This document shows positions 1-10,869 of a stretch of DNA of 19,142 nucleotides, piece by piece (position 1 is the first letter of the stretch; each line of letters starts with the position of its first letter). Location of the stretch: the NCBI RefSeq assembly GCF_006345805.1, contig NW_021824327.1, positions 1 to 19,142 of the forward strand, written 5' to 3'. A program made the position numbers and the translations under genes. This DNA is from Octopus sinensis. Taxonomy: Eukaryota. Under the pieces are notes generated by a model that did no database searches, had not been told where the DNA came from, and saw only the letters and a program-made list of their open reading frames with translations.

Positions 1-383
1 GCGTGTGCATGTATAAGTGCGCGCACGCGAACGAGTGTGTGTGTACGTCTACGCAAATGTCGGACAGAGAGAATGAGTGCTCAATACGGCATGCTGGTTA
101 AAAATTCTTTATGTTGGGGTTAGCAAGACTACCATTGGTTTCATGCTGAGAGAAGATTTCTCGGCAATTATGAAGCTTATCACATGGAATATTGGTACTC
201 CTCTCCATCTTTGATGAGAATACCGAGATACAGACAAGTACCGATATCCCATAAAGCAGGCTTGATAACTGCATGAAAACAGTGGTAGATTTGTTAACAA
301 ATAAACAGCGTAATACATACGTGTGTGTATGTACACACCCACACCCACACATACATACATACATACACATATACTCTCTCTCT

Positions 384-797
384 CTCTTTTACTCTTTTAC
401 TTGTTTCAGTCATTTGACTGCGTCCATGCTGGAGCACCGCCTTTAATCGAGCAACTCGACCCCGGAACTTATTCTTTTGTAAGCCCAGTACTTATTCTAT
501 CGGTCTCTTTTGCCGAACCGCTAAGTGACGGGACATAAACACACCAGCAATCCGGTTGTCAACCAATGCTAGAGGACAAACAAGACACACAACATACACA
601 CGCCCTAAATATATATATATATATATATACATATATACGACGGGCTTCTTTCAGTTTCTGTCTACCAAATCCCTCACAAGGCTTTGGTCGGCCTGAGGCT
701 ATAGTAGAAGACACTTGAGCAAGGTCCACGCAGTGGACTGAACCCGGAACCATCTGGTTGGTAGACAGGCTACTTACCACACAGCCACTCCTATGCC
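384..797 (-). mobile_element. Full-length tRNA-derived SINE with internal (TA)n and (TAAAAGAG)-type 3' tail
   Basis: Minus strand starts GGCATAGGAG-TGGCTGTGTGG (A box, 777-787), with B-box-like GGTTCAGTCC at 735-744. The body is interrupted by (TA)n at ~608-637 and ends GTCAAATGACTGAAACAAGTAAAAGAGTAAAAGAG. It matches an abundant octopus SINE as I recall it; family not verified. Confidence 0.85.
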
Positions 798-798
798 T

Positions 799-826
799 GT
801 ATATATGATATATATATATATAATAG

Positions 827-886
<60 letters not shown>

Positions 887-945
887 TATATTATATATAT
901 ATTAGGTATATATATATAGATATATATATATATATAATTTATATT
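799..945. repeat. Imperfect (TA)n microsatellite
   Basis: Directly visible alternating TA with scattered interruptions. Confidence 0.95.
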
Positions 946-1069
946 ACTATATGATTGAACGCCACGCATCCTCTTCCAAGTAAGTTTTGTATATATATAT
1001 TATAAGAATTTTTTGCGTAATGAGATAAAAAAACAAGCTATGTAATATTAGAACATTTATAGAAAGAAG

Positions 1070-1121
1070 GTCTTACAGCTGTTTCTATGATATTTATTAA
1101 TTATATCCCTTCATTGGAGAC
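1070..1121 (-). ncRNA. Degenerate minimal type I hammerhead ribozyme motif within a ~375-bp segment (962-1337) flanked by (TA)n
   Basis: Minus strand reads GUCU-[CCAAUGA]-AGGGAUAU-loop-AUAUCAUA-GAAA-CAGCUG-UA|AGAC. Stem I is GUCU/AGAC, stem II GAUAU/AUAUC, stem III the palindrome ACAGCUGU. The core differs from CUGANGA at 2 positions. Confidence 0.65.
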
Positions 1122-1366
1122 GGTGTGAGAGGATGATAAAGTTATAGTTAGTTTAGATGTGATACAAAATAGTGAATGAGAAGGAGGAAAGAAAATATAT
1201 ACAAGATATGTAGGGATATTGAAGTTGTAGATCATTTTTTAGGCAGAATGGTATATATGTAGGTTTACTATGGTCTGTCTATAGCACTTATTCAACATTA
1301 CCTGACACCTTCGGTCTCAATGACACCATTACCTCTTGTATATATATATATATATAGATATATATA

Positions 1367-1402
<36 letters not shown>

Positions 1403-2741
1403 GTATATACATATCTGCAGAAGAAGATGCAGTCATAAAAGGTATTTCAAGGATTGCCAACATAGAAAATACCTGAGCCATTATCTCTGATTCCTAATAG
1501 CTGCGGAGCTGCTTGGTTAACCCAAATTGATGCAATTGGTACTGTCTGATTCCCTCTAATGTCCAAATAACTTTAGGTAGAAAAGCTAAAGTTACTCCTG
1601 TTATTACTATTGAGAAGAAATGTTCAATTCGCAAAGCTAGAGCTACGAATACTCTAAGAACAATATCCTCTCGTATATATTTTGCATGTAAGACAAAGAT
1701 TCCTGGCTCGGATATGCTTGACCAGCTAGCGTCGAACCCACTAGAATAGACATAGAAGCCAATCCTAAATCTTTGTAATTCTAGCCAATAAAAGATGAAC
1801 ACACATTCAAACGCGGGCGTGCGCGCACACACACACACATACACACACACACCTACACCTACAAATAAATCTCATTATGTGTGTGATGGAGTGTTGACAG
1901 TTTTAATGTTAAGACCCGGGGCCTCCTCTGTAATTTGTTAAATTCTATACTTCTGCTACTGTACATATATCGTTTTTACACTGTCCTCTCTTTGTGCTGT
2001 TCGTGACTGCCTTGCTTGTTTGTTGTATACATACATGTTTCATGTAATATTTATATTTAAATTATTATTTCTTTGAAAGTGAAAACTATGTCGCATTCGA
2101 TTACTTTACTTCCGGTTACAGGTCCTTTTCCATCTATATTTTATTACTTTACAATGCACTTTATATATTATTCACGCCGTCATCAAATTCCCAATAACAA
2201 AAGATACAATGACCACGCATACCCATTCTTCTACCTTTCCCTCCTCCACATAATCTTCTTCTTCTTCTTCGTCATATCATCATCATCATCGTCATCATCA
2301 GAAGCATCATCATCATTATTATTATTCCGATTTATCGGAATACCCTTCCAATCTTGACATCAAACAATCTCGTTCCAATTGATTCATTGCATTGCCGTAT
2401 CAAGTTATCTTCAGTTTAATGATGTCGTTTCCATAGCCCGAGAGAGAATCATCGTTCGTTTCCATTCACACTGAGCGCCAATTTCGTAGCTGTTCATTCA
2501 ATAAGCGCTACTTCAAATTCTCTTTGATCTGCAGTTGCAGCTGTCGTGTCTTGCAGTCTTCGACTAAAAGCGAACATTATGAAGAATCACTTCTTTTACA
2601 CAGAGAATAACGACTGAATGTAGACTATTAACAAAAGGGCAAACAGAAGGGATCAGTGTACAGTCAAACACAATATGCTTGATGCTTGTTCAAAGCATGT
2701 CTTATTAGATTTCTAATGGCGGCGATTTTATTGCTGTAGCG

Positions 2742-2804
<63 letters not shown>
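2742..2804. repeat. (GTA)21 microsatellite
   Basis: Perfect GTA run of 63 nt. Confidence 0.97.
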
Positions 2805-2914
2805 TGGGGCTGGTGTTGGTGGTGGTGTGAGTAGTAAATTACTTTTGTCGTGTTCTTCATGGTAAACGAAGAACACGAAGCAGCGAGAATAAATTTAAAG
2901 CTACAGTGAGGAAA

Positions 2915-3004
2915 CTGATATATATGTATGCATATATTATATTATGTATGTATATATCTATATATCTATACACACACATACACACACACATATATATATA
3001 TAAT

Positions 3005-3074
<70 letters not shown>

Positions 3075-3570
3075 TATATATATGTCTCTCTCTCTCTATA
3101 TATATACATTATATTACATACGTTATATATATGAGTACATATGTATTATATAGTATATCGTATTATATACACATACGGTGTATGTAATATTTGTATTTAT
3201 ATGTATTTATTACATTTTATATGTATTCATATATGTGTGTGTGTTTGCGTGAGTGTGTGTTTGTGTATACATGTGTCTATTATATACGTGTATACAATTA
3301 TATGCTCACTCATACACACACACGTATGTGTGTATGTATGTATGTATGTATTCATGTATGTATGTATCTATGTATGTACGTATATATGCATGCACACATA
3401 TATGTGTGTAATCTTTGTATGTATATATGTGTGCATGCGTGTATGTATGTATGCATGTATGTATGTATGTACGTATATATGCATGCACACATATATGTGT
3501 GTAATCTTTGTATGTATATATGTGTGCATGTGTATATGTATGTATGGATGTACGTATTTATGTATGTACA
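2915..3570. repeat. Compound TA/CA/TATG low-complexity tract containing a 93-bp-period tandem duplication
   Basis: The 69 nt at 3369-3437 are repeated exactly at 3462-3530. This tract explains the spurious YICMHT-type ORFs. Confidence 0.92.
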
Positions 3571-3826
3571 GTACTTTCATTTGTTTCTGAATTTGCACGA
3601 CATCAGTTATTTTTGTGTTTGTAAATCGACTTCTTCCTCATTTCTTAAGTTTTCGTGCATTGACAGTAGTCAACTGTAATTGTGAGTCTGATACGTCGGA
3701 AATTTGATAATCGTCAGGGTAAGACAAGCAGTCTCAGTGTCATTCGATTGGTTGTAACGTTGGTTAGGTGATATTCTCAAGTTGCTAGTAGTACGAGTGA
3801 TGTTGTTCCTTCTTTTAACAGATATC

Positions 3827-4047
3827 GGTTTCTTTATTACCCACAAGGGGCTAAACACAGACAGACAAACGGATTAAGTCGATTACATCGACCCCAGTGC
3901 GTAACTGGTACTTATTTAATCGACCCCGAAAGGATGAAAGGCAAAGTCGACCTCGGCGGAATTTGAACTCAGAACGTAGCGGCAGACGAAATACCGCTAA
4001 GCATTTCGCCCGGCGTGCTAACGATTCTGCCAGCTCGCTGCCTTCTA
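3827..4047 (-). mobile_element. Young full-length tRNA-derived SINE with 12-bp target-site duplication
   Basis: A box TGGCAGAATCG (4022-4032) and B box GAGTTCAAATTCC (3959-3971) on the minus strand. Identical TTAACAGATATC flanks at 3815-3826 and 4048-4059. Confidence 0.92.
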
Positions 4048-5229
4048 TTAACAGATATCTCCAGATGGTTCAGTAGCTTCAGAGTTAATTACGATATAAG
4101 TCATATGGTTGGAAGCTGGATTTAATGTGTGATTGGTCACGATTTTGCCCAGATTGTTGGTGACTTCGGTTCATAGCTATTTTGAAAATGCTCGACTGCA
4201 GATGCATTTGGATTGAGGTGAAGTGACAGATAATCTCTGTAGGGAAATATCAATATATTTCCGGTGTTTTTTAAATCTAGATTCTCAGCCTATAATTTTC
4301 GATGTGATGTTTGTGATTTACTTTGCTTCATTTGATTTCTGAATGCACTTAGAGGGCTCTTTTGCTTTTGTCTTTATTTCTGAGATGGTAGTGGTAAAAC
4401 GAGCTATTTAAATAAGCTGTTTTTTCTTGTTTTTTTTTTTTTTTGTCTATATAGCTTTTGAATGTTTTGTCTGTTAGGCCTATACAACTATATCAGTTAT
4501 TTTGGAGCTACATCGATGCAGCAAACTATATTTATTTTGAAAACCCTTTTCATTCATGGGCCATGCTTCTTAGTTGGTATAATATGTTAGTTTTTGCGTT
4601 GCTGTATGATACATACTTTGTGGTTCTTTATAATCACGACCATATTTCTCATAAAACAGTAAATTGTCACGATGTTATCCTTATTAAACATGTACTGCCA
4701 TTTTCTGTACCGATCTGAGCCCTCTTGCAAGTGGAGATTACATTTTTGTACACCTTTTCATATTGGTATTATTTGATGAATTGTACTATATAACACTGAT
4801 CTTTCTCGTGCTATTGGTGCGGCTACTATTTTTCCATTATTAGGTTTTCTGAAAGCAGGAACTATATTTTAGAGTCTCATTGTAGTGTAGAACAGCTTTA
4901 TTGTCAGGTCATTTACCTGAAGACGAAGAGATTATCTTAATGATGCTGTTGGGTACTTGTTTGACGATGCTGGTTGATGGTTTTATGCTGTTTGGTTTAT
5001 GACATGACTGAAGGCTATAAGAAGGCAAGCAATGACAGTGCTCTCCATGCGTTGGTCCTGAGAGCATTAACCATGCCAAAGATAGCACCAAAGACAAGCA
5101 GATACATTAAACATACCACAGCTAAATAGCTAAAACTTGTACTCACTCAGACAAAAGCAGGTAATGATAAGACTAACTTTATCGCAATTAAATTTGAAAT
5201 GTTCTAAGAAATGCCCTCTTTTCCACTTT

Positions 5230-5233
<4 letters not shown>

Positions 5234-5275
<42 letters not shown>
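5234..5275. repeat. (TG)n microsatellite
   Basis: Perfect TG run. Confidence 0.97.
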
Positions 5276-5276
<1 letters not shown>

Positions 5277-5289
5277 CGCTGATATCCTT

Positions 5290-5500
5290 AACCAATATAA
5301 TAAATTAGACTGTAGAATACGTGGAGGTTGTGAAGATACAATTAAACAAGCAGTCTGTGACTTAGCAGGTATTACTAACAAAGACTACGTCTACTAGCAG
5401 GGTAGAGTTTGGTCTTTCGAACCCACAAGTGTAAACAAGAGAGACAGAGAAAGGCAAAAACAAGGAAAATGCCACTTATATTTGAACACTATACAAATAT
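5290..5500 (+). mobile_element. Short decayed fragment of an R4/Dong-like RLE non-LTR retrotransposon (zinc-knuckle region)
   Basis: 5311-5397 translates CRIRGGCEDTIKQAVCDLAGITNKDYVY, paralleling the R4-clade motif CRICG..ETINHIVSGC..LAKKEY and the better copy at 7224-7285. Confidence 0.45.
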
Positions 5501-5549
5501 TCATTAAAATAAACTTTTCTTTTAATTTTTCTAAATTTAATTATTTAAT

Positions 5550-5596
5550 CATTACAATTGAAAAGGTCTCAAATGACTGAAACCGGTACTGAAATG
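5550..5596 (+). ncRNA. Degenerate minimal hammerhead-like motif just upstream of a (TA)n tract
   Basis: CAUUACAA-[UUGAAAA]-GGUC-UCAAAU-GACU-GAAA-CCGG-UA|CUGAAAUG. Stem I pairs at 6/8 positions, stem II is GGUC/GACU, stem III the palindrome ACCGGU. The core has 2 mismatches. Confidence 0.45.
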
Positions 5597-5658
5597 TTTT
5601 TCATATATATAGTATATATATAATATATATAATATATATATATATTATATATATATAT

Positions 5659-5689
<31 letters not shown>

Positions 5690-5714
5690 GCACCTCAGTT
5701 TGAAACTTCCTTAT

Positions 5715-6058
5715 TGCCTTGTGCCTTCTTTCAGCTACCCGTACATCAATTGTCAGAGGATGCGATGGCTGCTCATTCTGACAACTTGGCATCCAGCCTC
5801 TCAAACTTGAGACTGCAGCTACAAACAACCACCGACACTGCAGTAGCTGCCTCTGAGAAGGATAGACGGCAACGCCTCGCAGCTGCCAGAGACACGTTAC
5901 CGGGCCGCATCATCCCCAGTCCCGACCATAGACTACCAGTGTCCAACCTGCGGGTGCCTGTGTAACTCCGGCTTTGGGATGCGGTGCCACATGCGTTCCC
6001 ACCACTGCTGACTGATGAGACCACAGATTACGTCTTCATCTGAGATCGATGGACTACC

Positions 6059-6130
<72 letters not shown>
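5715..6130 (+). mobile_element. 5'-truncated RTE-clade LINE 3' end with (GTA)24 tail
   Basis: Frameshifted peptides HQLSEDA, LGIQPLKLETAA, SEKDRRQRLAAARD and YQCPTCGCLCNSGFGMRCHMRSH (C-terminal C2H2-type finger typical of RTE ORF ends), then a short 3' UTR and a (GTA)n tail at 6059-6130. Confidence 0.8.
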
Positions 6131-6452
6131 AATCGCATATACCAATGTCCCACACAACAGCGATCTAAACTGCAGTAAAAATATTATAAAATAAATAAGA
6201 CTACTGATCGAGTGATGATCTCGTCGCTCCGCCAATTTGGACGTATGGAGCGTTTGAAGGAAAGAATTTAAAGAAAAGAAAAATAATAAGAACAAGTAAA
6301 ATTGATAATAGAGAAACGAAAATAAAACTTTGGAAACAGCAACGCCACTATAGCTTACGTGGAGAGCATGAGCGTGCTTTCAAGGGAGGTAATCAGAGAA
6401 AGACTTGAAAGAATGTAAGATCGTAATAATTCATTTAAAGTAAATATAACAA

Positions 6453-6627
6453 ATAATCCAGAGTCTGCCTGGTACTAGATCGATTCCAAAATTTAATCAG
6501 GTTGTGCCAGTCAAAAGTTTCATCGGAATCCATCCCACGGCTCTTGAGATATCTTGTCCACGAACAAACAAACAAACAAACACGAATGAAAATAGTACCT
6601 CGACCTTCGCTAAGGCGGAGGTAATAA
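6453..6627 (-). mobile_element. Non-autonomous Helentron-associated (HINE/DINE-1-like) element fragment
   Basis: Terminal hairpin TACCTCGACCTT-CGCT-AAGGCGGAGGTA (6596-6623, 10/12 pairs), followed on the minus strand by (GTTT)n (6563-6581) and GATGGATTCCGATGAAACTTT. This terminal-hairpin-plus-microsatellite layout is known from DINE-1/HINE elements. Confidence 0.6.
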
Positions 6628-7775
6628 TAGTGACTGCATTTAATATGCACTGCTAGATATCTGACATACAAAGATATATTTACCATGGTAGGAGGTAGGA
6701 GTTTTATGCAAAGGAGTTTACCATTGTAGGAAGTAAGAGTTTTACCAAAGGAGGTAGGAGTTTTATGCAATTAGAAAATTATTATGAAATATCCACTGTA
6801 GATCTACAAAAAATATCGTAAATAATAATGAAAAACATACAAATAGCTACAAAATGCGAACAAACCGAAAAACTGCTTACAGTATTGAAAAAATCCAAAC
6901 AACTACTAAACAGAAGCTGCGATAGTAAACAGCTAATGGGAGAAAGGAAGCATGACAACACAATTTGATAAAATGGTAAAAACTAAGTGAAAATATGGTT
7001 TCAAAATGCTAAGCTGAAACAATGGTATGAAAGAGAAAATTCCTATATACCAAATAGTCGAAAAGATTCAGCTAGTGGACGGAGATAAAGTAAAACTAAA
7101 GCTCTAGCTGAGAAGCGCAAGACTCAAATCTAAAACTGAAAGATTTTTCATCTCACTCAAAATCCAAGTCTTCCCACTAGATATGACTAAAAGAGTCTAA
7201 TGAAGCAGGATATAATAATAAACTGCAGAATATGTGGAAGTTAGGGAAAACAATTAACCACATTGTTTCTAACTGCACAGGCTTAGCTAAAGAGAGAATA
7301 AATGTTCAGTGATAAAAAATTGGTGGTTCCATACACTGGAAATAATGTTATTTTTATATAATACAAAAAAAAAGGAGGTGGTACAAGCTTATATCAGAAA
7401 AGTTTTCATAGAAACCATTCTCAAATAAATACAAACCCACAAGGAGAGAGATATCAAGATTAATTGACCGAATATCATAATCAATGACCAACAGGAAGGG
7501 AAATTTTGCAAATTCCTCCTAACAGTCGCAGAAAGATGATAATATATCACTAAAAGTCATAGAAAACGTATCTACATATAAAGATCTGCCAAGAGAGATA
7601 ACCAGAATATGGGTATTGAAAATATATGCTATCCCTATAATAAAGTCTAGTGATTAGAATGATGCATGCAAATACATAACCAAAATCTCAAGATTTATAC
7701 GTATCACAACATACGAAAATAGTAAAACCACAACAAAATACTGCATGTACCTACAAAGCGTTAAGATGACTGAAA
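6628..7775 (+). mobile_element. Decayed R4/Dong-clade non-LTR retrotransposon, post-RT region through RLE endonuclease
   Basis: Collinear broken peptides: TAFNMH..SDIQR, GGRSFMQLENYYEISTVDLQKY, LRSARLKSKTERFFI, QNPSLPTRY (7158-7184), CCHC knuckle CRICG..ETINHIVSNCTGLAKE (7224-7290), ERDIKIN*PNIII (PD motif position), DDNISLKVIENVSTYKDLPREITRIW..IPII. Many stops and frameshifts. Confidence 0.88.
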
Positions 7776-9327
7776 AATTATAATTGTGCTGAAATATATC
7801 TTCGACGTTGTGAAAAAGCAATCATAAGCAAAAATTTTGAGTTAGAGCTAGACAGTTTTAAAAGACGAAGAAGAAAAGCTACTATTGAAATATCAAAGAA
7901 TATAAAGAATTCTGGAAGTCAGAGTTGAAAACAATGTGAACTTGAATGCTGAAAGAAAGTAAATAAAACATAATTTGATTAGATAAAAAGAAGAAAAACC
8001 AGAAGCCTAATATGTTAATGCGACAAAACTAGAAAGAATCCCTAACAGTGACTATTGTTCGTATTTGAGAAATATATGTTATTTGAGGCTATAAATTATA
8101 GAACTGAAGTTATATAAGAAATATTTCATATGTTTATTTATTTAGTTTTTAAAATCTTTAGCAAACATAAAATACAACGTGCCGAAACAACGGACATTAT
8201 AGATCGCCGAAATAAATATATAAAAATATCTATTTTTGTCCCTTTATATTCTGAGATGGTATTACCTTCAAGGTTTACTGCATAAGTGCCAGGGAATAAT
8301 TCAAGGTCCCATCCGCATGAAAATCAATGATTAAGTGCCACTGTTAACTACTGGTATGATATTCCTATAGAGGGCGTATAAAACAATTCGCTTTCCTATG
8401 CCAAAATACATAAATATTTAGTCGTACGTACATACGAGAGCGAGAAAACATTTCAACATACGTACACACACACAGCAATTGTTCTTGTTACTATCAGTCT
8501 AAATCCAGTGCAATATTAAGGTGGACCTCTCAAAGGTTTGTAATTCTTTTTTGATCCACATGCGTATTCAGAGGGGTAATACACACACTTATACATTTAC
8601 ATACACACTCATACATATATACACATATTTATGTGTTTTTTTGTGTGTGTATGTGTATATGTATGTATACGTATTTACATAAACACATGTACATATAAGC
8701 ATAAATATATACATGCTATACATACACTCTCCCACAACACATACATATATAGATACATGCTTCAAGTTAAACATATAAGAGAGTGTGGCCGACGACATAT
8801 ATATAATCACTAAATAGTACACACGAAGGACCTAGCATAAATATATTGTGAGCTATATTTCTGTTTCTTTCCTGTCTGAGTAGTTATCGGCATTCCCTAC
8901 GCCTTGGTTATCATTTAGTGAGAATTTGCACTAGTGTCTCCGAATCGAGAAATATTCTACATATATAGTCAATGTTGTGAACTAACTAAAGCATAATGAA
9001 TTTGATTTGTATTTGTAAATAAAATACATTGTTTTATTAGTTCCGTGAAGGAATCGCTGCACTGGTAGAAAGCGAAGACTTGAATAGTTGAGTAGGGTTT
9101 GTCCCCGACAGTTGTCTATATGTTCACTCAGAGGTATTTTTATTGATTATGGATCCCTGATATGTTGTCTATGTTCTTTATTAGTGCTCTATCGGTTTGT
9201 CCGATTTAGTTTTTCTAGGTAACATGTACATTTTATATTGTACATTAGGTTGCCCGAATTGTAAAAGAAGTCGTTTTTGATTTTAAAGGTAACACCTATC
9301 TGTTTGAAGTGGAAACAAGACCTTCCA

Positions 9328-9328
<1 letters not shown>

Positions 9329-9418
<90 letters not shown>

Positions 9419-9420
9419 TA

Positions 9421-9457
<37 letters not shown>

Positions 9458-9484
9458 TATATATATATATATACATATATATAT
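9329..9484. repeat. Compound (CA)n-(TA)n-(TG)n-(TA)n microsatellite, self-complementary
   Basis: Directly visible. The CA and TG blocks are inverted around a TA core. Confidence 0.95.
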
Positions 9485-9745
9485 GAGGCGCAATGGCCCA
9501 GTGGACTTGCGGTCGGAGGATCGCCGTTTCGATTCCCAGACCGAGCGTTGTGTGTGTTTGTTGAGCGAAAACACCTAAAAGCTCCACGAGTCTCCGCCAG
9601 GGGGTGGTGGCGACCCTGTTGTACTCTTTCGCCACAATATTCTCTCACTCTCTCTTCCTGTTTCTTGAGTAACGCTGCGATGAACTGGTGTCCCATCCAG
9701 CTGGGGAGAACACATACGCCACCTCGGCCAGGTGTATATTTTAAA
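9485..9745 (+). mobile_element. tRNA-derived SINE with a V-domain-like central block
   Basis: A box TGGCCCAGTGG (9494-9504) and B box GTTTCGATTCC (9526-9536), with short A-B spacing suggesting an internal deletion. GCTGCGATGAACTGGTGTCCCATCCAG (9674-9700) resembles the V-SINE core CTGCGATGGACTGGCGNCCNGTCCAG. Confidence 0.75.
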
Positions 9746-9840
9746 TGGAGTTTTTGGTTGTTTTTGAAGGTATCGGCACTTCAAGCATGCTGGAGCAAGG
9801 TTGTTTTCGCCCGATCTCACTTGATATAATTAAATATACT

Positions 9841-9847
<7 letters not shown>

Positions 9848-9888
<41 letters not shown>

Positions 9889-9921
9889 CGCGTGTGTGTG
9901 TCTGTGTGTGTGTGTGTGTGT
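9848..9921. repeat. (TG)n-(CG)n-(TG)n alternating purine-pyrimidine tract
   Basis: Directly visible, with CG dinucleotides at ~9881-9892. Confidence 0.93.
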
Positions 9922-10282
9922 TTATCTTTAGCAACACTTAGTAGCCTATTTAACAGTTTTCCACATGTTTAACGTCCTCACGGGTGACATGGTTTCGATA
10001 CATTGCTTGAATTTCACTTATAGTATTTGACTGCATAAATACTTGTCTTTAAAGATGAAGATCTCGTAATACTTTAGGTTGCTCAAGAACATTATCTAAT
10101 ACAACATTATCTTCAATAGTAAATTATTTCTGACACACTATTCTTTAACTGAAAGAACAAAATGAACACTAAACTAACCTTGAAACAACGACTGCTTTAT
10201 TTTCTTGCAAAATAACTATTGGCTCTCGTTATTACAGTTATGCTTAAATTTAGTAATAAACTTTGAACGTTTATACCTTATA

Positions 10283-10530
10283 AATGAACTTGGCTTGCAA
10301 GTTACTAATGAAGATTTAAATACATTGGTTGCATATCATTCAGGGCCTGTGACGAATAAAACTCTGATTGATTTGTAAAATAACAAAGATTATGAGGATG
10401 AAGTGAAAAGAACGATATGAAGAACTTGACATAAATTCAGTAAGTTGTTCACATGGTAAAGCAACACTCAATGATACAACATACTATGAAGTCCTTTATC
10501 AAGACAAATAGCGTGATATTAAACGAAAAC
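10283..10530 (+). mobile_element. Tigger/pogo-family transposase C-terminal remnant
   Basis: Translates NELGLQVTNEDLNTLVAYHSGPVTNKTLIDL* and later TYYEVLYQDK*, resembling the Tigger-type C-terminus (L.VD..DI.ELL.SH..ELTNEDL.EL ... Y.E.Y.EKK). No TIRs found. Confidence 0.5.
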
Positions 10531-10826
10531 TTGAATATTTAAAAAATATTGTAATTTAACGTATTTAATACTACTATATAATTATAACTGTAGGTATGAT
10601 ACATATTAATTTAGTTTACTGTTCTTAATGTAACCCATTCTATATTATAAGCTGTAGATAGCCAAGTATTCCAGCTGATACGTAATGCACATAATGATTA
10701 TGTCTGTTTCTTTGCATGACAGAGTGACGCATCTCCCAGAGAAACCAAGTAACTCATAGCACACCTACCTACGCACATGCATACAAACACATTTGCATAC
10801 ACGCACACACACTAGCGCGTGCCTGT

Positions 10827-10869
<43 letters not shown>

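Noticed and set aside
2405-2440. Minus-strand GAAAC..CUGAAGA (possible type II hammerhead)
   Set aside because: Stems I and III cannot form.
3570-4400. Possible coding sequence interrupted by the SINE
   Set aside because: After removing the SINE and one TSD, all frames on the minus strand still contain stops, and I recognise no motif.
5714-5965. 83-aa ORF as a host gene
   Set aside because: Better explained as one frame of the frameshifted RTE LINE 3' end.
6010-6050. CTGATGAG in the RTE 3' UTR
   Set aside because: No downstream GAAA-NUH, so not a hammerhead.
8280-8345. Two TAAGTGCCA copies as an NK2-type regulatory site pair
   Set aside because: A 9-mer recurrence without conservation data is not evidence.
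9029-9130. Possible short exon (AG-FREGIAALVESEDLNS*)
   Set aside because: Too short, ends in a stop, and has no recognisable homology.
720-9540. tRNA genes at the A/B-box hits
   Set aside because: All hits are SINE heads: no full cloverleaf, and each continues into a SINE body.
10720-10756. GAGU..GAAACCAAGUA|ACUC hammerhead-like
   Set aside because: No valid core between the stems, and stem III is not self-complementary.
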